This document shows, in pieces, positions 1 through 12,180 of a DNA stretch of 64,000 nucleotides. The notes below the pieces were generated by a model. That model ran no database searches, was not told the DNA's origin, and saw only the letters and a program-made list of their open reading frames with translations. This DNA is from Mobula hypostoma (Eukaryota): the NCBI RefSeq assembly GCF_963921235.1, contig NC_086097.1, forward strand, positions 90,336,001 through 90,400,000. Reading direction: 5' to 3'. A program made the translations under genes and the position numbers. Numbering within the stretch: position 1 is the stretch's first letter; each line of letters opens with the position of its first letter.

Positions 1-544
1 GCTTTTCTAGCAGAAACGTTTTTTAAAACAGTGGGATTTGTATTTTATTACCATCTATGCCACTAATTATTAAGACCGACAATGTGAAAGACAGCTTTAC
101 AGTAGCATTTTCTCCTATGTTCATTTAGAAAAATACTTTAGCATATAATAAAAATATTTAATACTAGAGGTATTATTTCAAAAGGAAGAAAAACGCACCA
201 AAAAAAGGTGCAGAAAGTAGATAGTGCTTGGAAAACTTTATCTGTTGAAGCATGCTCAATTTGGAATTTTCTCTCAATGACAGAATCCTGGACCTTATTT
301 TAATTGTGTCCAACTGGTAATGCGTACAGTCTACTTGCAGGAGTAGTGTACAGCAATTCATTGGAACAGATTTCCAATCTGCATACAGTGTGCCTTTTGC
401 AGTGCTGAACTTGGACTACAAGCAGGGATTTAGGTTGTGAGTTGTGCTGAGTGAGGGATAATGTTTAATTTGTTGCTATTGAGCACAGTTCTGTGGTACA
501 AATGGACAAGTAATGAAACAAAACACACAATTCCTCCTGATCAT

Positions 545-3197
545 CACCTCACTTAGAGTAAATTTATTTAGAAATGCAGTTATATACATAGTACAATTAA
601 ACTTAAATTAACTTTATACAAATATTAAAATACTATCTTGACACCCATTGCAATATACAGGATTCCAGAGAAACCTTAAAGCAAAAGCCAAAGAGGGACA
701 GGTTGAGTGACCAACACATCAACCAAGCACCGCTCCATTACACTAACAGGCAAGTTACAAGCAACAGTGCCCTTGTCTCTGTATCAGCATCACCACTACT
801 GTACACATCCTCTTTCTCATGAGAAAGGGAGAGATTTTCATTTTACAAAGGAACTGGTATATTCTGTTCAATGCCCTCCTCTAGACAAAAGCCCAAGGTA
901 CAGGGGGTGTTACAAAATAGATGGTTAATCCAAGATTTGGATGCGCGTTCACACTAAATCTTGGCACAGGCACGCACGCAAACAAATCCTCTCAAACATC
1001 AGCACTGGATCATGGAAACACTAGTTTTCTGGATAAATTCTACAGCAGGTTTGATATCACTAAATGTGGATGAAGATGTCTTCAGGGCATAGTGAAAATG
1101 TAATATTTATTACCATAAGGCATAGTTGATGAGGGTGATAAACATGAACAAAATGCTCGTGGGATTATGTGAATATTAGCAGTAGGCAGAATAGCTTGTG
1201 TGCAGGATAAGTATTGACATGGTCCTGTAGTAGTAAATGATTTTCTGCAATTGTTCCAGCTGGTCTGGAGTTTGGGTAGAAGTTATTGTACTTGATAGCA
1301 TGAAAAGTCATTGTATGGAATGTTATTCTCTTCCCAACACATTCAGCTATAAAGCAAAGAACAGAAGCAGTGCCCTTAGATGTACAGAAAGTCATTGAGG
1401 GGTGTGGCAGCTTCATACCAAGTACCTATTTAAATATAGACCATTTCTTTAACCTCCCACATCTAATCTGACATTTCCCCTCAACTCTCTCTATCATGCT
1501 TTAATATGCTCTATCATGTGTTCAAAGGGTTTTTTAAATATTGTGTGAAGTGCCCAAGAATTATTTCACCAAATGAGCAAATAGATGCTTTGTTGAGACA
1601 ATATTTTAAAATAAAGGCATATGTTCACACCTTGCATCAAATGTTGCTACGTGACCTGGAATCCCAAATTCCCTAGCCCTTTACCTAAAGTGAAGGCTAA
1701 TGCAAGTGAAACACACAGACACACATACACCATTCAAATCAGCAAGGCAAAGAGATTAAATATATAGGTTCCCACTTTCCCTTTTATTTACACCAAAGGT
1801 GAAGAATATCCACGGGTATTTGGTAAGTCAGCCGTAGAGGATTACGGGCATTGAGTGGGGGAGGGCAGGGATTTCAGATATTGATGCCTCAGTCAAAACA
1901 TTCTCACTAGTTTTGTGGGATCAGCTGAGAGATATGTAGAGCGAAAAAGCAAGTGAGACACTGAGCACTTCTGGTGCTGAGCCATGGCTCAGTGGGCAGC
2001 CTTTCACATCAGTCAAATAGTTGTGGATTCAAGTCCCTCTAGAGATTGGAGCATAGATCTAGGCTGAACCTATAACTTTCTCCAGAGATCTCCCATTAAT
2101 CATCCCATCTACATGTTCACCCTCACAAATGAGGTGTGTTTAATTCATTTCACTGGGGTTCTCAATTGGGAGAGCCCAGTAGTCGGAGTAAAGTGGGAAA
2201 CTATTCACTTTGGTAGGCAAAATAGACATTTTTAGATGGTGAGAAATTAGCAAACATATAGAGGATTCTGGTTCATAAAATTGAGAAAGTTAAAAGTTAA
2301 ATTAATAGTATGTTGCCTTTATTGCAAGGCAATGAAAGTACGAGTGCAAAGCCTATGCAAGTATGCTGGCCTTTTACCAGTATTGTCTGTGGTTATGGAG
2401 ACCTACTCAAAGAAGAACAGTTGATTAATTCCTGGGATGAAGTGGTGTCCTATGAGACTGATGAATACTAAATGAGAAATGAGTGCATTGAAACAAGCTG
2501 GAGAGCCCAGACTAAGAGGTGTCTTAGGAAAGGTTCAGGATCAAGACATCAAAAAATTACTTCAAGGGTTGTAAATCTTTGGAATTCTCTAGCCCAGTGG
2601 GCTAAGGATACGCAATTTTTGGACGTTAAGGAAGTCCGGGGTAAAGGAGGAAATCGTGCAGCAAAGTGGATAGGATACAGCATCACCCATTGATCCCATT
2701 GGATAACAGTATTCCGAGGGGCTGAATGGCCTAATACTGCTTCTGTTTCTGATTAAGCATTCAAGAAGCAGCTGGAGCTTGGCTAGCCTAACACAAGTGG
2801 ACTGGACTGCAGCCGAATAAAGTGAACACAAGCATGGTGCCAAGGACCAAACCAGAAAGTGTAGTTAAAATGCACAGATCAATTAATTGCCCACCATGGA
2901 ACCTCAAATCCAAACTCTGTATTGCAAATATTAGACCCATCTGTCCTTTGCTATACAGTCACTCCTCTCAAAATTAACCAGTGTGAATGAAGGCAGCCTC
3001 ACATTCACACTGATTAATTCCAATGCAGAATATGCCTAGCACAGAACTTGCCACTGTCACATTCTTTTCATACAAGACATCAGCAGGCGGTGAGTGACAC
3101 TCCTGCGAGGGGTCTTGAAGTACAGTGAGTCAATTGGAGGTGGAGGATCAAGTACTGAAGAGGATGAAGCTGAGCACTTTACCTCACATGGATTGTG
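545..3197 (-). other. SUSD6: Probable SUSD6 3' UTR
   Basis: Runs from the TAA to an AATAAA (563-568, minus) followed by a GU/U-rich element (ttgtgtgttttgtttc). The distal part is AU-rich. The end position is inferred. Confidence 0.6.
563..568 (-). terminator. Candidate polyadenylation signal AATAAA
   Basis: tttatt on the + strand. Upstream UGUA elements and a downstream GU-rich tract on the minus strand. Confidence 0.6.
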
Positions 3198-3223
3198 TTA
3201 AGCATCCTTGAGCAGTGGAATAT
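3198..3223 (-). CDS. SUSD6: SUSD6 terminal coding exon segment (D)IPLLKDA*
   Basis: Acceptor tttcctttcctttcag| then ATATTCCACTGCTCAAGGATGCTTAA. Matches the DDIPLLKEA-type C-terminus; phase 1 is consistent. Confidence 0.95.
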
Positions 3224-4261
3224 CTGAAAGGAAAGGAAATTAAGGTTTAAGTAAAGAGCAAATGGGTGAAGAGACAAGCTAGCCATTCATAGCTTTATAT
3301 GTTAAGCAATAGCCTTTACTGTAACCTCCAGATTCAAATCCTAAGTATCGCTACTCTCCTCCCTTCCCTATCAGCAGACATGCCAGTTCCTCAGCTCTGG
3401 AATTCCATTGATACTCTGTTATATCCTCATCTTTTTTTAAAAAAAAACTACCTATTACAATAAGCCTTTGGTCACCTTGCATCTGTAGTGGGATTACAGA
3501 TTCAACCATCACAGGCACAGCCCTCCTCACCGTGAGGACATGTTCAAAAGGCAAAGCCAGAAGAAATCAGCATCCATTACTCAGGACATGACCTCTTCTC
3601 TTCACTTTCCCTCAGGGAGATGGTACAGAAGCCTCAAGACCCACAAATAATAATTTAGAAACCTATTCTTCCCCTCTGTCATCAGATGTTGGAATGGCCC
3701 ATGACCACCGAATTGTGTATTTTTGCACTGTACTGGTGCTGCTAAACAACACATTTCACATCATATGTCCATGATAATAAATTCTGATTCTGGATTCTGG
3801 CCTCTCAGTAACAGTGGCCAACATTGAGTTAATGTGACAAATCTGAATAGACCCCAAATCTAACTCACCCATTCCTCCCACACCCACTGATCTCCAAGGT
3901 TTCCGATAAAGAGTTGCCAAACTTTAGGCCCTCTGTAAACTTAGCAAGCCACCAGCTCTGGCCTCCTGTACATTCTCTGCCATTAGTTTCAACATCTAAG
4001 CCCCTACAATTGCTGGGAACTCCAGTATACCCTCCCTAATTCTCTCCCTTCCTTCAAAGAGCCCCTGGAAGCTCAGTTTGCAGTCACCTCTCCTAACACA
4101 GGGATATGTATGCTTCACATCAGACTGGTAGCTCCTTAGATGCTGCCCTGAGGCACACACTGAGATGTGATATAAGCCCTTTAATATCTCACTTGGGGAG
4201 TCCTAGTCGTCACTTTCCACTGAGCTAGAGAGAAAACAATCAACCATAGGGAGCAACTTAC

Positions 4262-4662
4262 CATCAGCAGATCCTGTGGGTGAGGCGAGAGACAGAAGAC
4301 TCTGAACATCGCTGCCTTCTGAAGTGTCTGAAGACTGCGATAGCCTCAGGGGAGACCTGCGGGGTGCGATAGAATGGGAGGGGACGGGATGGTGGATCAA
4401 CACAGTCTCTGAGCGGCTGGTGCTAGCCTGGGCTTCGCTCTCCCCGGAGCTCTCCGCACACGGGTTGGTGCGGGAGGCTGCCTCCCCCAGCTCCGGGTCA
4501 CTTGCCGCTGGGCCCTCCGCCAGGACAATCTGGACGCGGGAGCCAGAAGGTGCAATGGCCGCGCCTGAGCTGCCGTAGACAGCTTCTTCGTAGGAGGGCA
4601 GCGAGACGGGGACTCCATCCACCACAACGGACACCTGGTTCCCAGTCACTCCCTGATCTCGT
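4262..4662 (-). CDS. SUSD6: SUSD6 cytoplasmic-tail exon (401 nt) with LPSY motif
   Basis: RDQGVTGNQVSVVVDGVPVSLPSYEEAVYGSSG...RVQIVLAEG...SDVQSLLSL. Acceptor tgtgcag|, donor G|GTAAGT, phase 2/1. Confidence 0.97.
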
Positions 4663-4724
4663 CTGCACACACAAAACATGGTTCATTATTGTCACATCTA
4701 CCTTAGGAGGTTGAAACTTGGTCC

Positions 4725-5470
4725 ACAATTACATAAAACAATACAGGGCCTTCAGCCCACAATGTTGTGTTGACATTTTAACCCTTCCCTCCCACATAGC
4801 CTTCCATTTTTCATTCATCCATGTGCCCATCTAGGAGTCTCATAAGTGTCCCTAATGTATCTGCCTCTACCACCACCCCTGGCAGCACATTCCAAACACT
4901 CACCACTCTAAAAAAAAAACCCTCCCTCTGACATTATCCTTATACTTTCTTCCAATCATCTTAAAATCATGCCTTCATATTAACCATTTACGCTCTGGGA
5001 AAAGGCACTGGCTGTCCACTCTGTCAATGCCTCATACACCTCTCTAAGTCACCTCTCATCCTCCTTTACTCCAAAGAGAAAATCACTAGCTCACTAAGTC
5101 TTTCCTCATAAGGTGTGCTTCCTAATCCAGGCAGCCTACTGATAAACCTCCTCTTCACCCTCTCTGCAAACTTCCACATCCCATGTAGAACGAGGTCACT
5201 AGAACTGAGCACAATATTCCCAAGTATGATCTAACCAGAGTTTTATAGAGCTGCAACATTCTCTCATAGCTCTTGAATTCAATCCCCCAACTAATAAAGG
5301 CCAATTCAACCTTTGCCTTCTGAACCACCCTATTAACTTGCACAGTATCTTTGAGGGGTCAATAGACGTGGACCCCAAGTTCCCTCTGTTCTTCCACACT
5401 GCTGAGAATCCTGCCATTAACCGTGCAATCTGCCTTCAAGTTCATCCTTCCAAAGTGCTTCATTGTCCCT
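4725..5470 (-). mobile_element. CR1 LINE 3' fragment (others at ~2180-2750, 12520-12905, 34950-35225, 51845-52105, 62865-63215)
   Basis: LAFISWGIEFKS..MLQLYKTLVR ORF2 C-terminal remnant, similar to the 60.6-62.8 kb element. Confidence 0.8.
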
Positions 5471-5681
5471 TCTGGAGATCCAAACATTCAGAACCCCCAA
5501 GGGCACTGAATCCCAGCCCACTAATATCCCACTCCAAAACCTCCTCACCATATCGTAGGTTTATTAGTGCCCTCCCCTGCTTTGCCCTGTACTCCCCACA
5601 TCTCCCTCCTGGCACCACCCCCCTCCCTCACTATCCCAGGCCCAGCCAACGTACCCTCACCCCAGCCTGCTCTTCACTCAC

Positions 5682-5820
5682 CTGCTGTGGTGAAATGATT
5701 TCAGCTTTGGTTGCAGCAAAACAAATAGAACGACCAGGAGGAGGATCAGGGCAACAGAACTAGCAGTAGACGCCACGATCGAGAGGGTCGGCACTCCAAT
5801 ACTTGGCTCTGTCTTTTTAT
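5682..5820 (-). CDS. SUSD6: SUSD6 transmembrane exon (139 nt)
   Basis: (D)KKTEPSIGVPTLSIVASTASSVALILLLVVLFVLLQPKLKSFHHS(R) matches the SUSD6 TM region as I recall it. Acceptor ccattcag|, donor AG|GTGAGT, phase 1/2. Confidence 0.97.
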
Positions 5821-7904
5821 CTGAATGGAGTGGGTTAAACGCCTTGTTATCATCTTATCATGTGATTATAATATTCAGCATAAAGTCAGTGAAAGAGACT
5901 CTTGGCACAGCAGAAACCCCAGCCCCACACAATCTAATAGACTGATCGCAAGAACAATGGCCAAGAAATAGAGGCAAGGCCAAGCTGGAGCCAATGAATT
6001 TGCATGTTGTGCAAATCTGGGGGTAGAGTATAACCTGAACATTGGTTTCATAGAGTTATGGAGACAGGCTCTTCACCCCACTGAGACCATCAATCATCCA
6101 TTTACACTAGTCCCATTCCATACCCTCCCCACATTCTCATCAATTGCCCCCAGATTCTTCACTCATCTACATACTTGAGGCAATTTACAGCGGCCATTTG
6201 GCCTACCAACCTGCCCATCTTTGAGATGTGGGAGAGAAGTGGAGCACGTGGGGGAGACTGTGCAACTCCACACAGACAGCACTGGAGGTCAGGACAGAGG
6301 ACTTGGCCTCTGAGCAGAAAACAGAAAATGCTGGAGATACTCATTAGGGCAGGCAGGACACCAAGGAAGGTCAAACCAACGGGGGTGAAAGACGCGAAGG
6401 GGACCCGAGGAGACCAACTTCCACCCTGAGAGAAATTGGATTCCGGAACACTGCCTGAGGGAATGGTAAGGCAGAGATTTAAAAAGAATTTAGTCAGGAA
6501 CTTAAGCTCTATGATGTAGAAAGTTATGGACTAAGTGCAAGTGAATGGGATTAGTATGGATGGTTAAATAATTGCTGGCAAGAATATAGAGCTATAGCAC
6601 CTGTTGCTATGTTGTATAACTCCAAAACATCACCTGGACAAGGTAGTCAGCTTGATTAGTACCTCATTAACACCTTCAACATTCATTCCCTCCACCACTG
6701 GCACTTTTGTGTTTGCACTGTGTGTATCATTCATAAAACGCACTGCAGTTACTCACCCAAACCAGTCACACAGTCCTCCCAAACCTGTGATCGCTACTGC
6801 TGAAAAGGACAAGGACTGCAGAGGTATGGGAACACAACTAGCTGCAGATTCCACTCCAAGCCATACACCATCCCATCATCACTGGGTCGAAACTCTGGAA
6901 CTCCGTCTTCAACAGCACCATGCATCTATCTACCCACCCTGATCTCATTCCCCCTCACTTAGACTGTCACTTTCTCTATATTGGTACTCAAGTGCTTGAC
7001 CAAATTCTTAAATGTGCAAACTCTGCCTCATCACTCACTCCAGCAAGAAACTGGTTCTCCACCAAGTCCTCGAGGACAATAAGGTATAGAGAGAAAATTC
7101 GACTCCAGATTCCAAAAATGAATTTTTTTTTAAAAACTGTGAATATAGTCAATCTGAGGCATTATTTCTGCTTCTCTATTCACAAACGCTGCCTGACCTC
7201 CTGCTTATCTCCAGTATTTTCTATTTTTGTGTGTGCTTTCCAGCTATCTGCAGCTTATTAGTTATTGTAACATCACGACAATGAGCAAGAGCATTCAATC
7301 TAGGGTGAATTAAAGCTGACACAGAATGAGAACTTCTCATGGCTGATGGGTTTGTGAGAAAATGTCCCTTTTTGTTAAAGGAAACATCCACAACAATTCA
7401 CAGCCTGAAAGAATAAGACAGTACAATTCCAGCGGCTCACAGCCAGACAGGGAGGTTAACAGGCTGTCAGTAATACCAATCAGCTGAAAAATAAAAAAAA
7501 ACAAACTGCAAATGTTGGAAATCCAAAATAAACTTAGAAACAAGTATGGAATGCTTGGCAGGTCAGGCAGCATTTGTGGAGAGAGAATCAAGAGTTAACG
7601 TATCAGGCCAGTGATATTTTGTCAGAATTAGGAAAAGTTACTGGATGTGTTTTAAGTTGTAGGGAAGGAAGGCTGCTGAGAACAAAGGGAACGTCTGTGA
7701 TGGCAGGAACCAGAGACTGAAACAACATAAAAATGATGTACGACACAAACTGCTGAGAGAGGAGGTTCAGGGCTTCTACACGGGCACAAAGCTGACTTGT
7801 CTGAAGTAGGTCTGAGGTTCAACAATCATTCGTTCAAAACAATGGGTGGATGACTTTCCTTCCTAAAACTAAGTATATGAGCAAATTTAAACCACGTAAC
7901 CTTA

Positions 7905-8272
7905 TTATGGGGTGGAGATGCATCTTTACCAAAGGAGGTGCAAGGCGCTCTCTCTCCATTAGTCTGTAGGTCACCCTTGGGCAAGGTGTAACACCTGCTT
8001 AGCCCCCCACCCCGCCCCGATCAGGTTACGTGAAATCATGGGAGCAAGTGGTGGATGGTCGTATGAGCAGTTGATGCATATCACAAGTAGTCCTGGTTAC
8101 GTGACCACTAATGCAAGCAGAAAATCTCGGAAGAGTCTTGATAATGGCTGGGGTAACTCGTCTTATAAAGTCATTGCCCAGAAGGCGACAATGCCAAAAC
8201 ACTTCGGTTGAACAATCACGGTCACTGTGATCATCTACGTCATACAACACAGCACATAATGATGATGATGAA
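7905..8272 (+). mobile_element. Non-autonomous retroposon (RTE-like) with (GAT)n tail; inverted copy at ~37195-37590
   Basis: Two copies in the window in opposite orientation; microsatellite tail. Confidence 0.6.
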
Positions 8273-8589
8273 GCTTAATAGAAGCCCCAAAGGGAGGTTG
8301 TGCTGTGAGAGGTGAACAAGCTGTAACAACTTGGGAGTATGAAGAAGCCTTGTTGCCCACCTGCTGAATGGTCTATCACTCATTCACACTCCATACTGAA
8401 AGAGTAAAATCTGGGTGTGTCAATGCCAGGGCTACACTTGCAAACTTAACTTTCCTTTGAGGTTTTCACCAGGATGCATCGTTTTAATGTGCTCATGACT
8501 CAAGCCGTGAGTAACACAAGTATGAAAGAAGTCAGAATGGAGATAGGGAATGAATGAGCATCAACAGCTCAGAGGATCTATCCTGGGCT

Positions 8590-9135
8590 CAACACATTGA
8601 TGCAATCGTGTAGGAGGCAGGCACCAGTGGCTCTACTTCGTTAAGTGTCTGAGGAGATTTGGTATGCCACTGGAGATTCTGATAAATTTCTATAGCCATA
8701 GGTGGAGAGCACGCTGACTGGTTGCATGACAAGCTGGTATGGAAACTACAATGCACAGGACTGTGCACTCCACCTGCTCCATTCATGGGCACAAGCCTCC
8801 CCACCATCTTCAAGAGTCAGTGCCTCAAGAAAGCAGCATCAATTACAAAGGGCATTCACCATTCTAGCTGTTCCCTTTTCTCTTTACCATCAGATAAGTG
8901 ATAACGGGAGCCTGAAACCTCCACTCTACAATTCAGAAATAGCTTCTCCCCCTCTGCCAACAGATTTCTGAATGGTCCATGAACCTTTGAATACTATCTC
9001 ATTGTTCCAATTTTCTTTTACACTACCTGTTTATTTTAGTAATGTTTAGTAATGTCTTTGCATTGGTACTGCTGGTGCAAAAACAACAAAGTTGACATTA
9101 TCTAATCCATGATAATAAAACTGATTCTGATCTGA
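8590..9135 (+). mobile_element. Rex1/Babar-like LINE 3' fragment
   Basis: ESTLTGCMTSWYGN motif and a (GATTCT)n tail. Confidence 0.75.
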
Positions 9136-10599
9136 ATGGACGGCTATAGAAAATACCAAGCTCTATTGTAACCCACAGCTGCCAATCTTACTCAAGTGGA
9201 CTTTCATCCCAGACTTTGGTTGGGAGATGAACAAGAGAAGGTTAAACAGTAATCTGCACCAAATCATCAGGCTTTGATGATGGTTGTAAAAGTACATGGT
9301 CTTTCATCGCTAATTAATCTCCCATGCCTAATGAAATCTACATGTATTTTTGAACTAATTTCAACTAAATGATTAATGCAATGGTAGGGCAGCTGGCATG
9401 TTATAGGTGTAACATGCTGTAAGGTTTCACTGCTAATGTAATGGTTTCTCTGTAGCAGCAATGTTTGGGTTATGACTAGAGATAATGGGGTTTGGACTGC
9501 TGGGGCTATCCAATGAGAGAAATGTTGTTCTTTCTTAAAACAGACACAAGAGATTCTGCAGATGCTGGAAGTCTGGAGCAACACACACACATGCACAAAA
9601 TGCTGGAGGAATGCAGCAGGTCAGGTAGTATCTATGGAAAGAAAATGAAGAGTCAATGTTTTGGCTTGGACCCTTCATCAGGACTGGAAGCAGAAGTCAG
9701 AGCCAAAGGTTAGGGGGAAGGTGCTGCCAGGTGATAGAAAAATCCAGCTGAGAGGGATGGTAGATAGGCGAGGGAGGGAGAAGAGGCAGAAGAAAGAATC
9801 TGATACGAGAGGGCAGTTGACAATGAAATAATAGGAGGGAATTGGGGATCCAGAGGAAGAGCACAAAAAAGGGGGCGAGAGGGACACAGGAGTGAAGGAA
9901 AACAAATGTGGGGTGGGAGAGTGCTTACCTAAAGTAGGAGAAATCTATTTTGATGCCATCAGGTTGCAGATGACCAAGATGGAATATGGGTAGGAACCCT
10001 CAGCCTTTGCAGCAGGTATTTTTAATCACCAGTGCACATTATTCAGGATAGTTATCCTAGCATAAAATTGAGAGAGTGCTGCATTGATTACAACACAAGA
10101 TCTCGTGAGCCTGTAAAATCTGAGGTGATCATGGAAAAGGAAAGAGAGCTCTCCCTACTGTCTCAACATTGAAACTGGGAAGTGAGAGGCAGGGTACACC
10201 CCGAGGAGAAGATTACCTTCCAGGTCAGTGACTTTTCATCACAAATGGGAAAAGTTGCTGAATGTGTTTTAAGGTGCAGAGGAGGACCGAAGAGAAAAGA
10301 GGAGATTCAGTGATGGTGGAACCAATAAAGACTTTTTGCACCTTTTTTAACAGATATACGATATAAGTTTCCAAGGAGCATTGGAAATCAGGTAAGTTTC
10401 ACAGGACTGTAGAAACCAGGGCCTCAGTGAGTGGAAGGTAACATGGGAATTAGACCTCTGGTGAATCAGAGAAGAGCCCGGGAACGTGGGACCCCGATGA
10501 ATGGCAGAATGTACGAGAACCAGGGCACCAGTATGTGGAAACTGAGCACAGGAAAGTGCAGATTGTCAGGAGTCCAATCCAGGTTGTGGATAGAACCCC

Positions 10600-11470
10600 A
10601 ATATACTGAGTATATTTACCGGCTGCATCACAGCCTGGTATGGAAATATCAATGCCCTTGAATGGAAAATCCTACAAAAAAATGTTGGATACAGCCCAGT
10701 CTATCACAGTTAAAGTTCTCCCCACCATTGAGCACATCTACACGAAATGTTGTCACAGAAAAGTAGCATCCACCACTGGGGAACCCAGCCACCCAGGACA
10801 TGCAATCTTCTCGCTGCTGCCATCAGGCAGGTGGTACAGGAGCCACAAGGCTCAGGAGCAGTTACTATCCCTCAACCATTAGGCTCTTGAAACAAAGGGG
10901 ATAACTTCACTCACCCCATTACTGACCTGTTCCCACAACCTATGGACTCGTTTTCAAGGACTCTTCATCTCATGTTCTCAATATTTATTATTTATTTATC
11001 TTTCTTTCTTTGCTCAGTTTGTTGTCTTTTGCACACTGGTTGAACACCCAAGTAAGTGTGGTCTTTCATCGATTTTGTTATGGTTATTATTCTATTATGG
11101 ATTTATTGAGTACGCTCACAAGAAAATGAATGTCAGGATTCTATATACTGACATAGAAGTCTGTCCCGAGTCTTGTGACCCATCAGGCCGGTGCTCATGC
11201 CAGTTTCTGTGGCGTGAAGCAACTGAGAGTACGAGACTCCCCCCACATAGGACGCCAGTCTATCGCGTGGTTAACCCCCAGCATTTGCCGGTACCAATTT
11301 CAGCTGGGTAGACTGGAGCATTGTGTGGTTAAGTGCCTTGCTCAAAGACACAACACGCTGCCTTGGCCGAGACTTGAACCCATGACCTTCAGATCGTGAG
11401 CCCAATGCTCTAACCACTTGGCCACGCACCACACATATGCTGACATACATGATAATAAATTCACTCTGAA
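10600..11470 (+). mobile_element. Rex1/Babar-like LINE 3' fragment
   Basis: GHAIFSLLPSGRWYRS C-terminal motif and a GATAATAAAT tail; interrupted by a SINE. Confidence 0.75.
11156..11434 (-). mobile_element. tRNA-derived SINE nested in a Rex1/Babar tail
   Basis: Head GCGTGGCCAAGTGGTTAGAGC..GGTTCAAGTC; TSD ATAT(A/G)CTGACATA. Confidence 0.8.
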
Positions 11471-11475
11471 CTTAC

Positions 11476-11673
11476 CTTGACTTAGTCTGCAGCTGACCTC
11501 CATGGCAGGCTCCCAGTCTCCACCCTCACAGGTCAGGTACTTGTAGTCTCCCTTCAGAGTGTAGCCCTCGTGGCAGAAGTACTCGATGACTGTTTTGGCC
11601 TCAAAGTTGTTGCAGGGTGAAGGGTGGCAAGCAAAACCCCCATTTTCCGGTTGAAATGGGTGCCGGCAGTTGT
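11476..11673 (-). CDS. SUSD6: SUSD6 sushi/CCP domain exon (198 nt)
   Basis: (D)NCRHPFQPENGGFACHPSPC...VIEYFCHEGYTLKGDYKYLTCEGGDWEPAMEVSCRLSQ is the SUSD6-type sushi domain. Acceptor ttcccag|, donor G|GTAAGT, phase 1/1. Confidence 0.97.
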
Positions 11674-12166
11674 CTGGGAAGAGAGAGAACACGGATCAGA
11701 GAATGCAGGAAATGGATGGGGTTGTTTGTGAGGGTTCTTTAATATACGAGTTGGGGAGGGCTGGAGCTAGCTTTTAGAGTCCTGACTCAGAGCCTCACCT
11801 GGGCTTTTTCAACGCCGCCCCCACCCCCCCCCCCCAACTACTCAACTCCTCAGTGACTCACAGTCCATCTGGGTCAAGATCACAGAGAAACCCCCTCCCC
11901 CACCATCACCACCCTCAGCCCCTCCCCAGCTGCTCAGCTGTCTTTAACTACAATATTTTCTTCCCTACAATTGTACCCAAACGTTAGACCTCCCCCAGCA
12001 GAACAAATTATCAGGATGACGTGGCATTATCCGCAAATGGGATCTTGCTGTGCACCAACAGCACAGTGTGGATCCACTGGGTGTGTGCCTGGGGCGTCCT
12101 GCGGTTAGAATACACCCTGCAAGAGTAACATCTAGCTTGCTGCCGTTGTTGGCAAATGGCCTAGTG

Positions 12167-12180
12167 GTTGCTATGGCAAC
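12167..12180. promoter_or_regulatory. RFX X-box motif GTTGCTATGGCAAC
   Basis: Near-perfect palindromic RFX consensus in non-repetitive intronic sequence. Confidence 0.45.

Noticed and set aside
5338..5763. 141-aa plus-strand ORF
   Set aside because: Antisense to a CR1 fragment and to the SUSD6 TM exon; a shadow ORF.
9651..9685. Additional hammerhead-like motifs (also ~46600, 54580, 63370, 63695)
   Set aside because: Core nucleotides are mutated (e.g. GAAA to AAAA, or CUGA lost), so they are unlikely to be catalytically active.
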